The notes: generated from the sequence alone by a model not told the origin. Numbered from the stretch's first letter, positions 45,470-56,363 are shown. The stretch: 64,000 bases of DNA from an uncultured Muribaculaceae bacterium (GCA_910587235.1 CAJUKD010000002.1:52943-116942), one strand, 5' to 3'. Program-made: numbers and translations.

Positions 45470-45852
45470 CGGCGGTTGTTTTTCTCTTCGACGCAGAGTG
45501 TGGCGTGCGGCACTGCGCGCAGGCGTTCTTTAGGAATCAGCCGTCCTGTGGCACGGCATATTCCGTAGCTTTTGTTGTCGATGCGCTTGAGGGCGGCCTG
45601 CAGGTGGTTTATGAACTGGAGCTGACGTTCTGCCAGACGTGCGTTGGCTTCGCGTTCGAGAGTGTTGGCTCCCTCTTCAAGGACTTTGAATGTGGGCGAA
45701 GTATCGGCTGTGTCGTTGCCATCGTTGTTCATCACCGACGCACGGAGCGATTCGTAAAGTTCCGTGGCCGTTTTCAGTTTCGAGAGAATGAGCTGACGGA
45801 ATTCCTCCAGCTCTTCGTCGCTGTATCTCAGTTTATCTGTCATTTCAATCAT
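45466..45852 (-). CDS. TraR/DksA family zinc-finger regulator
   Basis: Coiled-coil N-part and C-terminal YGICRATGRLIPKERLRAVPHATLC. ATGA overlap with lspA. Confidence 0.8.
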   Translation of the reverse strand: MIEMTDKLRYSDEELEEFRQLILSKLKTATELYESLRASVMNNDGNDTADTSPTFKVLEEGANTLEREANARLAERQLQFINHLQAALKRIDNKSYGICRATGRLIPKERLRAVPHATLCVEEKNNRR

Positions 45853-45867
45853 TTTTTTAAGTAGGAA

Positions 45868-48800
45868 TCAGTCGCGGCTGATGTCGACACAGACAGCAAG
45901 GCCGTCGATGTCGAGCTGCTCGACTGTTGGCGAAGCGTCGGCGACGGGTGCCACGGCTATGGCGCGGGCAAGCACCTGTGTGGCAATATAATCGCCGAAG
46001 GATTCAACGGCCGCTTCGACTTCTTTTCCGGGTGCGAATACAAGAGTCACTGTATCAGTTATCTCGTAGCCGCGATCCTTACGGATATTCTGCACACGGT
46101 TGATGATTTCGCGGGCAAGACCTTCGCGACGCAGGGCGTCGGTCAGTTCTATGTCGAGGGCTACGGTAAGGCTGCCTTCGTTTGCCACGAGCCAGCCGGG
46201 GATATCCTCGGAGATGATTTTGACATCGGCTATATCGACATGCACGTCATTGCCGTCGATTGCTATATCTATTCCGCCGTCGCGTTCAAGGCGTGCGATA
46301 TCTTCTTTGGCAAGCCCCTTTATGAGTGCGGCCGCCTGTTTCATCGACTTGCCGAATTTCGGGCCGAGTTTCTTGAAATCGGGTTCGACGCGTTTGACGA
46401 ACACTTCATTGTCGCCGCTGACGATCTCGAGGCGCTTGACGTTGACTTCGGCTGTCACGATGTCGCTTACCGATTCAAATACACGGCGCTGCGAGTCGTC
46501 GGAAGCGGGCACGAGCATCTTTGCCAGTGGCTGGCGTACTTTCATCTTTGCCTTGTGGCGCAACGAGAGCACAAGCGATGTGAGCTGCTGAGCGGTGGCC
46601 ATCCGGAATTCGAGATCGCTGTCGATCGCCGATGCGTCGACGTCCGGGAAATCGGCCAGATGGACAGATGCGGCCGCTCCTGGACATCCGTCGGTAAGAT
46701 CGCGGTAGAGGCGGTCGCTGTAGAAAGGCGCTACGGGAGCTATAAGTTTCGACAGCGTCAGCAGGCAGGTGTACAGAGTCTGGTATGCAGCCACTTTGTT
46801 ACGGTCGCATCCGCGGCTCCAGAAACGCTTGCGGTTGAGGCGCACATACCAGTTGGAGAGGTTGTCGCAGACAAAGTCGTTGATAGCGCGGGCGGCACGG
46901 GTCGGCTCGTAGTCTTCGAGGGCTTCGGTGACAGTTCCGACGAGGGTGTTGAGCAGAGAGAGTATCCAGCGGTCGGTTTCGGGACGTTCGGCCAGCGGCA
47001 CCTGCTCCATGTCGGTGGTGAAGCCGTCGACATTGGCATACATTGCAAAGAAGTTGTAGGTGTTGGAGAGCGTCGAGAAGAACTTGCGCGATACTTCAGC
47101 CACACCGTCGGAATCATATTTCAGGTTGTCCCACGGCGATGAATTGGCCACCATGTACCAGCGCATGGGATCGGAACCGAATTTCTCTATGGTTTCGAAA
47201 GGATTGACGGCATTGCCGAGGCGCTTCGACATCTTGTTGCCGTTCTTATCGAGCACAAGACCGTTTGAAATCACAGCCTTATAAGCATTGGAGTCAAATA
47301 CCATCGAGCCTATGGCGTGGAGTGTGAAGAACCATCCGCGAGTCTGGTCGACACCTTCGGCGATGAAGTCGGCGGGGAAAAGCTCTCCGGCGTCGAATGC
47401 GTCCTTGTTCTCGAACGGATAGTGGATCTGGGCGTATGGCATCGAGCCTGAGTCGAACCATACGTCGATAAGGTCGAGTTCGCGGCGCATAGGCTCTCCG
47501 GAAGGAGAAACGAGCACTATATCGTCGACATAGGGACGATGGAGATCGATCAGTTCATAGTTTGCCTTCGAATAGTCGCCGGGCACGAATCCTTTTTCTT
47601 TCAGCGGATTCGAGGCCATCACGCCGGCTGCCACGGCTTTTTCGATTTCGTCGTAAAGCATTTCGACGGATTCGATGCAGATTTCCTCCGCTCCGTTTTC
47701 GGTGCGCCATATAGGCAGGGGAGTACCCCAGTAACGGCTGCGCGAAAGGTTCCAGTCCTGAAGATTCTCAAGCCACTTTCCGAAGCGTCCGGTTCCGGTC
47801 GATGCGGGTTTCCACTTGATGGTGTCGTTCAGCTCCATCATGCGGTCGCGCACCGATGTAGTGCGGATGAACCAGCTGTCGAGCGGATAATATACGATAG
47901 GCGCATCCGTACGCCAGCAATGGGGATAGTTGTGGACGTGCTTTTCGATGCGGAACACTTTGCCTTCTTTTTTCAGCTCCATGCAGATTTCGACATCAAG
48001 AGTTTCGTCGGTGTCGGTCTTTGCGGGATCATAGGCGTTCTTCACATATTTTCCTGCCCAGCGGGAATACTCGGCCACGTCGACGCGTTCGGCCACAAAA
48101 GCAGGGTCGAGATCCTCTATACGGAAGAAGCGTCCGGTGAAATCGACCATGGGACGGATATTGCCGTCGCGGTCGGTCATGTGGAGCGGCGGAATGTCGT
48201 TGAGCTTCGACACACGCTGGTCGTCGGCACCGAAAGTGCCGGCTATATGTACTATGCCCGTGCCGTCCTCGGTGCTTACATAGTCGCCGGGGATGACGCG
48301 GAAAGCGCCTTCTCCGGGATTGACCCAAGGCAGGAGCTGACGATAGTGGAGGCCGACGAGTTCTGTGCCGCTCACGGTGTCGACCACCTGATAGGGCACG
48401 GTTTTGTCGCCGGGTTTATAGTCCTCAAGCGCAAGTCCTTCCGCCTTCGCTCCGAAAACGGACGAGAGAAGAGCTTCGGCCACTACGACTGTTACGGGCG
48501 AGCCGTTGTAAGGGTTGTATGTCCGCACGATGGCATAGCGTATCGACGGTCCTACGCAAAGAGCCGTGTTCGATGGGAGTGTCCAGGGTGTGGTTGTCCA
48601 TGCAAGGAAACATGGAGTGCCCCATCCTTTCATGCTTTCGAGCGGATCGAGAGCCTCGAACTGCGCGATGCAGGTGGTGTCCTTGACGTCGCGGTAACAT
48701 CCCGGCTGGTTCAGTTCGTGTGAACTCAGACCGGTGCCGGCCATAGGAGAGTAAGGCTGGATGGTGTAGCCCTTGTAAAGGAAGCCTTTTTTATAAAGTT

Positions 48801-49296
48801 GTGCGAGCAGCCACCACACGGATTCGATGTAGCGGTTGTCGTATGTGATGTAAGGATCGTTCATGTCCACCCAGTAGCCCATGGAGTTGGTGAGCGTTTC
48901 CCACTCGCGGGTGAATTTCATTACCTCGCGGCGGCAGGCGGCATTGTATTCGTCGACAGATATTTTCTTGCCTATGTCCTCCTTTGTGATTCCCAGCGAA
49001 CGTTCCACGCCAAGTTCAACGGGCAGTCCGTGTGTATCCCATCCGGCCTTTCGCTTCACATGGAATCCTTTCATGGTCTTGTAGCGGCAGAAAATGTCCT
49101 TAATTGTCCGTGCCATCACATGATGGATGCCGGGCATGCCGTTTGCGGAAGGAGGGCCTTCGTAGAACACAAAAGACGGGCAGCCTTCGCGGAGTTTCAT
49201 GCTTTGCTCGAACAGACGGCTGCCGTTCCAGTCATTAAGCATCTCGCGATTTATTTCCGAGAGATTGAATCCGGAGTATTCCTTGAACTTTTTCAT
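45868..49296 (-). CDS. ileS: isoleucine--tRNA ligase
   Basis: Start moved to MKKFKEYSGFNLSE (ATG at 49296). HIGH motif as PSANGMPGIHH and KMSKS as NKMSKRLGN. 1142 aa. Confidence 0.95.
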   Translation of the reverse strand: MKKFKEYSGFNLSEINREMLNDWNGSRLFEQSMKLREGCPSFVFYEGPPSANGMPGIHHVMARTIKDIFCRYKTMKGFHVKRKAGWDTHGLPVELGVERSLGITKEDIGKKISVDEYNAACRREVMKFTREWETLTNSMGYWVDMNDPYITYDNRYIESVWWLLAQLYKKGFLYKGYTIQPYSPMAGTGLSSHELNQPGCYRDVKDTTCIAQFEALDPLESMKGWGTPCFLAWTTTPWTLPSNTALCVGPSIRYAIVRTYNPYNGSPVTVVVAEALLSSVFGAKAEGLALEDYKPGDKTVPYQVVDTVSGTELVGLHYRQLLPWVNPGEGAFRVIPGDYVSTEDGTGIVHIAGTFGADDQRVSKLNDIPPLHMTDRDGNIRPMVDFTGRFFRIEDLDPAFVAERVDVAEYSRWAGKYVKNAYDPAKTDTDETLDVEICMELKKEGKVFRIEKHVHNYPHCWRTDAPIVYYPLDSWFIRTTSVRDRMMELNDTIKWKPASTGTGRFGKWLENLQDWNLSRSRYWGTPLPIWRTENGAEEICIESVEMLYDEIEKAVAAGVMASNPLKEKGFVPGDYSKANYELIDLHRPYVDDIVLVSPSGEPMRRELDLIDVWFDSGSMPYAQIHYPFENKDAFDAGELFPADFIAEGVDQTRGWFFTLHAIGSMVFDSNAYKAVISNGLVLDKNGNKMSKRLGNAVNPFETIEKFGSDPMRWYMVANSSPWDNLKYDSDGVAEVSRKFFSTLSNTYNFFAMYANVDGFTTDMEQVPLAERPETDRWILSLLNTLVGTVTEALEDYEPTRAARAINDFVCDNLSNWYVRLNRKRFWSRGCDRNKVAAYQTLYTCLLTLSKLIAPVAPFYSDRLYRDLTDGCPGAAASVHLADFPDVDASAIDSDLEFRMATAQQLTSLVLSLRHKAKMKVRQPLAKMLVPASDDSQRRVFESVSDIVTAEVNVKRLEIVSGDNEVFVKRVEPDFKKLGPKFGKSMKQAAALIKGLAKEDIARLERDGGIDIAIDGNDVHVDIADVKIISEDIPGWLVANEGSLTVALDIELTDALRREGLAREIINRVQNIRKDRGYEITDTVTLVFAPGKEVEAAVESFGDYIATQVLARAIAVAPVADASPTVEQLDIDGLAVCVDISRD

Positions 49297-49411
49297 TTGC
49301 GTGGATGTGGAATATAAATATAAGGAGGAAAAATTCAAAAAAGGGTGTGTAGCAACAGACGCGTACACACCCTTCTTTATAAGTGCTGAAAGAGCTTCGT
49401 TCGCGCGCTGA

Positions 49412-49948
49412 TTATTCGGCGGCGGGAGCTTCTGTTTCGGCGGGTTCGGCTGCAGCTTCAGCCTCGGCTTCAGCCTTGGCGGCTGCAAGTTCTGCCTTTT
49501 TCTTAGCTACAGCTTCAGCCTTGGCCTTGTTGCGGGCTTGTTCGGCTTCGAGGCGTTCGCGGTCAGCAGCCAGACGGCTGTCGGCCATAGCGGACTTGAC
49601 AGCTGCGGTGCGGGCAGTCTTCTTTGCTTTCCAGTCATCGAAGCGGCGCTGAGCCTCAGCTTCGTCGAAAGCGCCTTTTTTCACACCTCCGAGGAGGTGC
49701 TTCATCAGCAGAACGCCTTCGTTGGAAAGGATTGTGCGTACTGTGTCGGTGGGTTCAGCGCCGACGGTCAGCCAATACAAAGCCCGTTCGAAATTAAGAG
49801 TGATTGTAGCAGGATTAGTGTTCGGATTATAAGAACCTATCCTTTCAATAAATCTACCATCTCGTGGTGCCCTGCTATCGGCGATGACAATGGGATAGAA
49901 CGCATAGTGCTTGCGACCATGACGTTGTAATCTGATTTTTGTTGCCAT
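49412..49948 (-). CDS. rpsP: 30S ribosomal protein S16 with an Ala/Glu/Lys-rich C-terminal extension
   Basis: [42 protein letters not shown]. Confidence 0.95.
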   Translation of the reverse strand: MATKIRLQRHGRKHYAFYPIVIADSRAPRDGRFIERIGSYNPNTNPATITLNFERALYWLTVGAEPTDTVRTILSNEGVLLMKHLLGGVKKGAFDEAEAQRRFDDWKAKKTARTAAVKSAMADSRLAADRERLEAEQARNKAKAEAVAKKKAELAAAKAEAEAEAAAEPAETEAPAAE

Positions 49949-49990
49949 TTTTTGTTTGTATTGAAATTGGATTTGTATTGATTAGCGGCG

Positions 49991-50022
49991 CAAAATTACA
50001 TTTTTTTTTCGAATTGTGCAAA
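49991..50022 (-). promoter_or_regulatory. rpsP promoter (TTTG-N20-TAATTTTG on minus strand)
   Basis: Plus strand has CAAAATTA at 49991-49998 and CAAA at 50019-50022. Confidence 0.55.
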
Positions 50023-50306
50023 TTTTGCGTGCCTCGATTTCCCATTCTTTAAAATTCACACTATAACACATTGATTAACAATGCATTGCCCCCCCTATTT
50101 TCATCTTTCTTAACAGTAAAAAGGCGCTTTTTCCGCTACAGATTATCTACCTTTGCGGCAACAAAATTTTCAATTCCGGATTTATCCCGATTCTACAGAT
50201 GTTCACAATCGCACTTTACATACTTTACCTTATATTTACCATATTCTATACATATAATAAATAAGAAAGCCTCGCTCCGTTCCTCCGGCAGCCTCCGGAA
50301 AATATT

Positions 50307-50338
50307 TTTGTGTGAATTTAGGAAAAGTGTTAACTTTG
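50307..50338 (+). promoter_or_regulatory. hpt promoter (TTTG-N20-TAACTTTG)
   Basis: TTTG at 50307-50310 and TAACTTTG at 50331-50338, 25 nt before the ATG at 50363. Confidence 0.55.
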
Positions 50339-50362
50339 CACAATATATTTTTTAATGCCAGG

Positions 50363-50908
50363 ATGAAACAAGTGACTTACGAAGGGCTTACATTCGAGCC
50401 TTACATTACCCGAGAAGCCATCAACGCCCGCATCGCAGAGCTGGGCAAAGACATAACGCGCGACTGCGCCGGAAAAATGCCTCTGTTTCTTGTCGTTCTG
50501 AACGGGGCATTTGCTTTTGCCAGCGACCTGTTCCGTGCCGTCGAGGGAATCGACGCGGAAATTTCATTCATCCGCCTGAAAAGCTATGAAGGCATGGGGT
50601 CGACAGGCGTTGTAAAGGAAGTTCTGGGTCTTCATGACGACATCGCCGGCCGCACGGTAATCATCGTGGAAGACATCGTCGACACGGGCAATACCATCTT
50701 CCGTCTTATAAAGGATCTGGAAGCCAAACAGCCGGCTGAAATCAAGGTGGCCACACTGCTTTTCAAACCCGATGCGCTGGTGCGCCCCGTCAAGCCGGAC
50801 TATGTAGGCTTCAACATCCCTACGAAATTCATCATCGGCTACGGACTCGACCTCAACGGCAAAGCCCGCAACCTCAACGACATCTACGTCCTCAAAGAAG
50901 AAAAATAG
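50363..50908 (+). CDS. hpt: hypoxanthine phosphoribosyltransferase
   Basis: Start moved to [13 protein letters not shown] motif [22 protein letters not shown]. Confidence 0.9.
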   Translation: MKQVTYEGLTFEPYITREAINARIAELGKDITRDCAGKMPLFLVVLNGAFAFASDLFRAVEGIDAEISFIRLKSYEGMGSTGVVKEVLGLHDDIAGRTVIIVEDIVDTGNTIFRLIKDLEAKQPAEIKVATLLFKPDALVRPVKPDYVGFNIPTKFIIGYGLDLNGKARNLNDIYVLKEEK

Positions 50909-50926
50909 AATCACTACACTACCGCA

Positions 50927-51514
50927 ATGTTGAATATCGTGATATTCGGTGCCCCCGGAAGCGGCAAGGGCACGCAAAGCGAACGGCTTATCCGTGACTA
51001 CGGACTTCATCACATCTCCACGGGCGAGCTCCTGCGCGACCATATCGCCCGCGGAACCGAACTGGGCAAAATCGCCGACAGCTTCATATCCAAAGGTCAG
51101 CTCATCCCCGACGACCTGATGATACGCGTTCTGGCCCACCATCTTGAAAACAACAGCGACAAAACAGCCGCCGGCGTGATTTTCGACGGTTTCCCCCGCA
51201 CTATTCCACAGGCTGAGGCACTGGGCAAGCTGCTGAAAGAACATAATACGGATGTCCATGCTGTGGTCGGACTCGAAGTGGACGAGGACGAGCTGATACG
51301 CCGCATGATAGAGCGCGGCCGCCAGTCGGGCCGCTCCGACGACAATCCGGAAACGATAAAGAAGCGTCTGGACGTGTACCACAACAGCACTTCTCCCTTG
51401 CGCGATTATTATAAAGAACAAGGCAAATACCACGCAATCGACGGCAAGGGCGACGTGGAAAGCATCTACAATTCGATCCGCGACTCCCTGGCACGCAACG
51501 GATTCGAGAACTGA
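50927..51514 (+). CDS. adk: adenylate kinase (short-lid form)
   Basis: IFGAPGSGKGTQS P-loop, HISTGELLR and GFPRTIPQAEAL. Confidence 0.95.
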   Translation: MLNIVIFGAPGSGKGTQSERLIRDYGLHHISTGELLRDHIARGTELGKIADSFISKGQLIPDDLMIRVLAHHLENNSDKTAAGVIFDGFPRTIPQAEALGKLLKEHNTDVHAVVGLEVDEDELIRRMIERGRQSGRSDDNPETIKKRLDVYHNSTSPLRDYYKEQGKYHAIDGKGDVESIYNSIRDSLARNGFEN

Positions 51515-51574
51515 ACAAAACGGATTTTCATCCGCATCCCTACTCCTCACATACCATCACCCGAATACCACGTC

Positions 51575-53308
51575 ATGGCCAAATACGAATTCGAAGGCAT
51601 ATACAGCAAGCCGCCATACGACCGGCTGTCCGAAATCTATCAGCACTCTTTCGCCGACAACTTCAATCTGCCGGCTCTGACAGATTACCTCACGGGCAAG
51701 ACTCTTAAATACGGCGATGTGGCACAACGAATAGCACGCCTGCACCTGTACTTCGAAATGGCCGGCGTACGCCCCGGCGACAAAATAGCCCTGCTGGGAA
51801 AAAACACGCCTACATGGGTGATGACATTCTTAGCCACCATCACCTACGGCGCCACCATAGTGCCCATACTGCATGACTTCACGCCGGCCGACGCGGTGAA
51901 TATAATCAACCACTCCGACGCAGTACTTCTCTTCGCCTCGGACAGCCTGATGGAGCAAATCGACTTCAACGAGATTCCAGAAATCCGCGCGGTGGTGTCG
52001 CTCGACAGCCGCAAAGTCGTGGCCGAACGGGGCTTCGTCAAGATGGGCCGCTATGTGCGCGACCATGCTGTCATAGTGAAGAACCTCAGCCGACATTTCC
52101 GCAAGCGCTATCCGAACGGCTTCAAGCCCTCCGACATACACTATAAGGATGTGGACGGCAACGCCGTGGCCGTGCTCAACTACACGTCAGGCACGACGGG
52201 CTTCTCCAAGGGAGTGATGCTCACCTACGAAAACCTGCGCGGGAACGTTGTGTTCGGCATACGCTCACGGCTGCACTATCAGGGTTCGCGCGCATTGTCG
52301 TTCCTGCCGCTGGCACATGCTTACGGCTGCATGTTCGATATGCTTGTCCCGCTGGCAGTCGGCACCCACGTGACACTGTTCGGCAAACTGCCTACTCCGG
52401 CGCTTCTGGTAAAAGCCCTGAATCAGGTGCGTCCGTCGCTGATAATATGCGTTCCTCTGATTCTTGAGAAAATCTACCGCAAGATGATCGTGCCTATGAT
52501 CACCAAGCCTTCGATACGCTGGGTGCTTGCGGTGCCGATGCTCGACAAGGCTGTCTACGCCCTTATCCGCAGCAAACTCGTGGAAGCTTTCGGCGGTTCT
52601 TTCGAGGAAGTCATCGTAGGTGGTGCCCCGCTCAATCCGGAGGTCGAGGATTTCCTTTACAAGATCAAGTTTCCTTTCACCGTCGGCTACGGCATGACCG
52701 AATGCGCGCCGCTGATAAGCTACACACCCTGGCGCCGCTTCGTGCCCGGATCGGCCGGACGCGTCCTCAAGGACATCATGGAGGCCAAGATAGTGGCCGA
52801 CCACACCCAAAGCAGCCACGACGGACGCCCTCTGGGCGAAATCGCTGTCCGCGGACTCAATGTGATGAAAGGCTATTACAAGAATCCCGAAGCCACCGAG
52901 GCTGCCCTTGACTCCGAGGGTTGGCTGCACACCGGCGACATGGGCACCATAGACAATGACGGCCGCACCATATTCATCCGCGGACGCTACAAAACCATGA
53001 TTCTGTCGGCAAACGGCCAGAACATCTATCCGGAGGAAATCGAGGCCAAGTTCAACAACATGCCTTACGTGTCGGAAAGCCTTGTGGTGGACCGCGACGG
53101 CCACCTTGTGGCGCTTGTCCACCCCGATTCGGATGCCGCCAACGAAGCCGGACTCGATGCCGCCGCGCTTGCGGAGGCCATGGAGGTCAACCGCCGCGAG
53201 GTCAACAAACTGGTGGCTCCGTACGAGAACATAGACAAAGTGGAGCTTGTTGAAAGCGAATTCGAGAAGACTCCCAAACGCTCTATACGCCGCTTCCTTT
53301 ACAAATAG
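51575..53308 (+). CDS. AMP-binding enzyme, long-chain fatty-acid--CoA ligase-like
   Basis: AMP motif YTSGTTGFSKGVML, then GYGMTE, TGDMG and RYKTMILSANGQNIYPEEIE. Confidence 0.85.
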   Translation: MAKYEFEGIYSKPPYDRLSEIYQHSFADNFNLPALTDYLTGKTLKYGDVAQRIARLHLYFEMAGVRPGDKIALLGKNTPTWVMTFLATITYGATIVPILHDFTPADAVNIINHSDAVLLFASDSLMEQIDFNEIPEIRAVVSLDSRKVVAERGFVKMGRYVRDHAVIVKNLSRHFRKRYPNGFKPSDIHYKDVDGNAVAVLNYTSGTTGFSKGVMLTYENLRGNVVFGIRSRLHYQGSRALSFLPLAHAYGCMFDMLVPLAVGTHVTLFGKLPTPALLVKALNQVRPSLIICVPLILEKIYRKMIVPMITKPSIRWVLAVPMLDKAVYALIRSKLVEAFGGSFEEVIVGGAPLNPEVEDFLYKIKFPFTVGYGMTECAPLISYTPWRRFVPGSAGRVLKDIMEAKIVADHTQSSHDGRPLGEIAVRGLNVMKGYYKNPEATEAALDSEGWLHTGDMGTIDNDGRTIFIRGRYKTMILSANGQNIYPEEIEAKFNNMPYVSESLVVDRDGHLVALVHPDSDAANEAGLDAAALAEAMEVNRREVNKLVAPYENIDKVELVESEFEKTPKRSIRRFLYK

Positions 53309-53422
53309 CTCCGCTCATTAACCTAATTTAACCACAGTGGGCTGTAACTTCCGGAAAGCGGCCGCGTCTAATTGTCTATAAACATCTATTTGCAACATAA
53401 GTACAAACCTAAATAAGTGAAT

Positions 53423-56257
53423 ATGAAAAAGCTCATTCTCCGCGGTCTGTCAGTCCTGATGCTGGCATTCACCGCAACGGCTGCCGGCCAGGCACAGGAT
53501 CTTTCCCAGATTCCGCCCCTGCCCACAGACCCCGCACTGCGCACAGGCGTGCTCGACAACGGCATGACCTATTACATCCGCCACAACAACACTCCCAAAG
53601 GCCAGGCCGATTTCTTCATCGCCCAGAAAGTAGGTTCAATCCTTGAGGAAGACAACCAGCGCGGCCTCGCCCACTTCCTTGAACACATGTGCTTCAACGG
53701 CACCAAGAATTTCCCCGGCAAAGGCATCATCAACTATCTTGAGTCGGTAGGCGTGAAATTCGGCTACAACCTCAATGCCTACACATCGGTGGACGAAACT
53801 GTCTACAATATCTCGTCGGTACCCGTCGCACGCACCGGCGTGCAGGACTCGTGCCTTCTTATCCTCCACGACTGGGCCAACGCCCTGACTCTCGACGATG
53901 AAGAAATCAACGCCGAACGCGGTGTGATCCACGAAGAATGGCGCCGCAGCAACCAGGGCGCCATGCGCATCATCGAAGAGCAGCTCCCGAAAGTATATGC
54001 CGGCGGCCGCTACGGCTACCGTCTGCCCATAGGCACGATGGAGGTGGTCGACAACTTCGACCCGCAGGTTCTGCGCGACTACTACCACACATGGTACCGC
54101 CCCGACCAGCAGGCCATCATAGTTGTCGGCGACATCGACGTGGACTACATCGAGAACAAGATCAAGGAAATCTTCGCTCCCATCCCCATGCCCGCCGACG
54201 CCAAGCCTCGCGAGTATTTCACTGTAGACGATACCCCCGGCACCATTTTCGCCATCGGCAAGGACAAGGAAATGAGCGTAGGCGCATTCGACCTTATGTT
54301 CAAATATGACCTGTTGATTCCCGTCGAACTGCGCAACACGCAGATGTACTACCCCGTCGACTACATGACGCACATGGTACAGGCCATGCTCAACAGCCGC
54401 CTTAGCGACCTTGCCAAGCAGCCCGACGCCGAATTCGCCAGCGCCCGTGTCAGCTTCGGCGATTTCTTCCTCGCCAAGACCAAAGGTGCTTTCGACGTAG
54501 AAGCATACGCCAAAGGCAACAGCATCCTGCCCGCTCTTGAAGCCGTTTACCGCGAAGTGCTCCGCGCAGCCCGCGGCGGTTTCACCGTCGGTGAGTACGA
54601 GCGTGCCCGCGCCGAATTCATCTCCCAGATAGAGAAGATGTACGAAAGCCGCAACGACCGCGACAACACCAGCTATGCCCGCGAATATGTGAAGCTTTTC
54701 ACCGAGAATATCCCCGCCCCGGGCATAGAACTCGAAAAGCAGCTCTACGACGCCATCTCGCAGATGGTTACCGTCGACCAGCTCAACACCCTGCTTCCCG
54801 AAATTCTCAAGGCTGACAACCGCGTGTTCATGGCTATGCTTCCCGACAATGAAACATTCGGATTCCCCCAGGAAGAGGAAGTGGCCGCAATCATCAACGG
54901 AGTCGAAGCCGAGGATATCGCCCCCTACCGCGACGAAATGCGCACCGATCCCCTGATTCCGTTCGACATCAAGGCCGGAAAAATCAAATCCACACGCCAC
55001 CTCGACGAATGGGATGCCACTGAATACACTCTCAGCAATGGTGTAAAGGTGATTGTTAAGCCCACCACATTCAAGAACAACGAGGTCTATTTCTGCGCCA
55101 ACGCCAAGGGCAAAGGCACATCGACCATAGATCAGAGCCTCGCACCGACGGTCAAATTCCTTGACTACGCCATCAACCGCCACAGCCTATTCAACTACAA
55201 CAGCTCAGATATCCAGAAGTATCTGCAGGGCAAGCAGGCATACGTAGACGTCGACATCGACACTTATGTCCGTCAGGTCGACGGCAACTCCACAGCCAAG
55301 GATCTGCCCACTCTGATGGAACTTATCTATGCCACATTCTCCGGATTCGACATCGCCGAAAGCGACTTCGCAGCAACGCAGAGTTCTATCTCGGCCATGC
55401 TGGCAAACCAGGAGTCTACTCCCGACTACATATTCAGCAAGAACCTGCTCAAGAGCCTCTATGCAGCAGAGTCGAAACAGGCAATCAGCACTGCCGATAT
55501 CGCTGCAGCCGAACGCGAAGCATCAGTTGAAATCGTGCGCAACGCTCTCGACAACGCCGCAGATTTCACTTTTGTATTCGTCGGCAATATCGACGAGGAA
55601 ATCTTCAAGCCTCTGATGTGCCAGTACATAGGCAGCCTGAAGGGTAACGCCAAGAAAGCCACGAAGAAATTCACCACCGACAGCGCATTCGAACTTCCTC
55701 TGGGCAACGAAACCAATTACTTCACCACAGCAATGGAAACCCCTCAGACATGGGCTTTCGTCGGTGTGTTCGGCAAGACTCCCTATACAGCCGAAAACAA
55801 GGTTCTCGCATCCATAGCCGGACAGATTCTCTCGAAACGTCTGCTCGACAAGGTGCGCGAGGAAATGGGTGCCACCTATTCCATCGGTGCCGGCAGCATG
55901 CTCACCCGCACCGGCGACGTGAACACCATAATCCAGGTTCCTTTCCCCATGAAGCCTGAGATGAAGGACGAGGTTCTCGCCGCAGTACACAGCATCATCA
56001 ACGACATGACCTCGACAGTCAAGGCTGAAGAGCTGAATCCTGTAAAGGAATACATGATCAAGGATGCCGCCGAAAGCCTCGAAAAGAACGACGAATGGGT
56101 CAACGCTATTTCTGCTACAGGACTCAACGGCGTACAGACATTCACCAACGCCGCTGATGTCATAAACGGTATCACCGTAGAATCAGTACAGAATTTCATG
56201 CGCCAGTTGCTCGATCAGAACAACTACCGCGTAGTGATCCTCGATCCTGCAAAATAA
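53423..56257 (+). CDS. M16 family zinc metallopeptidase (insulinase-like, about 940 aa)
   Basis: Signal peptide and an inverted zincin motif HFLEH (GLAHFLEHMCFNGT). The ATG at 53423 is preferred over the GTG at 53417. Confidence 0.9.
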   Translation: MKKLILRGLSVLMLAFTATAAGQAQDLSQIPPLPTDPALRTGVLDNGMTYYIRHNNTPKGQADFFIAQKVGSILEEDNQRGLAHFLEHMCFNGTKNFPGKGIINYLESVGVKFGYNLNAYTSVDETVYNISSVPVARTGVQDSCLLILHDWANALTLDDEEINAERGVIHEEWRRSNQGAMRIIEEQLPKVYAGGRYGYRLPIGTMEVVDNFDPQVLRDYYHTWYRPDQQAIIVVGDIDVDYIENKIKEIFAPIPMPADAKPREYFTVDDTPGTIFAIGKDKEMSVGAFDLMFKYDLLIPVELRNTQMYYPVDYMTHMVQAMLNSRLSDLAKQPDAEFASARVSFGDFFLAKTKGAFDVEAYAKGNSILPALEAVYREVLRAARGGFTVGEYERARAEFISQIEKMYESRNDRDNTSYAREYVKLFTENIPAPGIELEKQLYDAISQMVTVDQLNTLLPEILKADNRVFMAMLPDNETFGFPQEEEVAAIINGVEAEDIAPYRDEMRTDPLIPFDIKAGKIKSTRHLDEWDATEYTLSNGVKVIVKPTTFKNNEVYFCANAKGKGTSTIDQSLAPTVKFLDYAINRHSLFNYNSSDIQKYLQGKQAYVDVDIDTYVRQVDGNSTAKDLPTLMELIYATFSGFDIAESDFAATQSSISAMLANQESTPDYIFSKNLLKSLYAAESKQAISTADIAAAEREASVEIVRNALDNAADFTFVFVGNIDEEIFKPLMCQYIGSLKGNAKKATKKFTTDSAFELPLGNETNYFTTAMETPQTWAFVGVFGKTPYTAENKVLASIAGQILSKRLLDKVREEMGATYSIGAGSMLTRTGDVNTIIQVPFPMKPEMKDEVLAAVHSIINDMTSTVKAEELNPVKEYMIKDAAESLEKNDEWVNAISATGLNGVQTFTNAADVINGITVESVQNFMRQLLDQNNYRVVILDPAK

Positions 56258-56279
56258 AAAACTCAATAACTAAAAAAAA

Positions 56280-56317
56280 CGGCTCCGTGTCGATTTCTGA
56301 CACGGAGCCGTTTTTTT
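56280..56317 (+). terminator. intrinsic terminator of the M16 peptidase gene
   Basis: 12-bp stem CGGCTCCGTGTC / GACACGGAGCCG followed by TTTTTTT. Confidence 0.75.
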
Positions 56318-56363
56318 GTTTAGGGGTTATGGTTGAGAGATGGGAGATTAGAGAGGAGAGAGC

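Noticed and set aside
45868-49488. N-terminal extensions of tracked ORFs: 64 codons on ileS, 87 on the gene at 38031, 117 on 41088, 112 on 36971, 131 on 37480, 41 on 35371, 38 on 6883 and 30 on 59426.
   Set aside because: The extensions are Arg/Pro-rich read-through of upstream genes or intergenic DNA. Internal ATGs coincide with signal peptides, conserved N-termini or ATGA/TGATG coupling to the preceding stop.
49412-49650. Ala/Glu/Lys-rich C-terminal extension of ribosomal protein S16.
   Set aside because: As far as I recall, long charged C-terminal tails on S16 are common in Bacteroidota. It is not unusual for this lineage.
53636-55183. 515-aa ORF antisense to the M16 peptidase. Similar long antisense ORFs occur at 60423-61832 (mutS2), 41460-42695, 47539-48723 (ileS), 19778-20941 (RNase E/G), 50564-51550 (hpt/adk), 13491-14348, 12497-13372 and 57236-58192.
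   Set aside because: Each lies fully inside a gene with clear family motifs on the other strand. Their translations are low-information and rich in Arg, Ala, Gly and Val. Long stop-free antisense frames are expected in GC-rich coding DNA.
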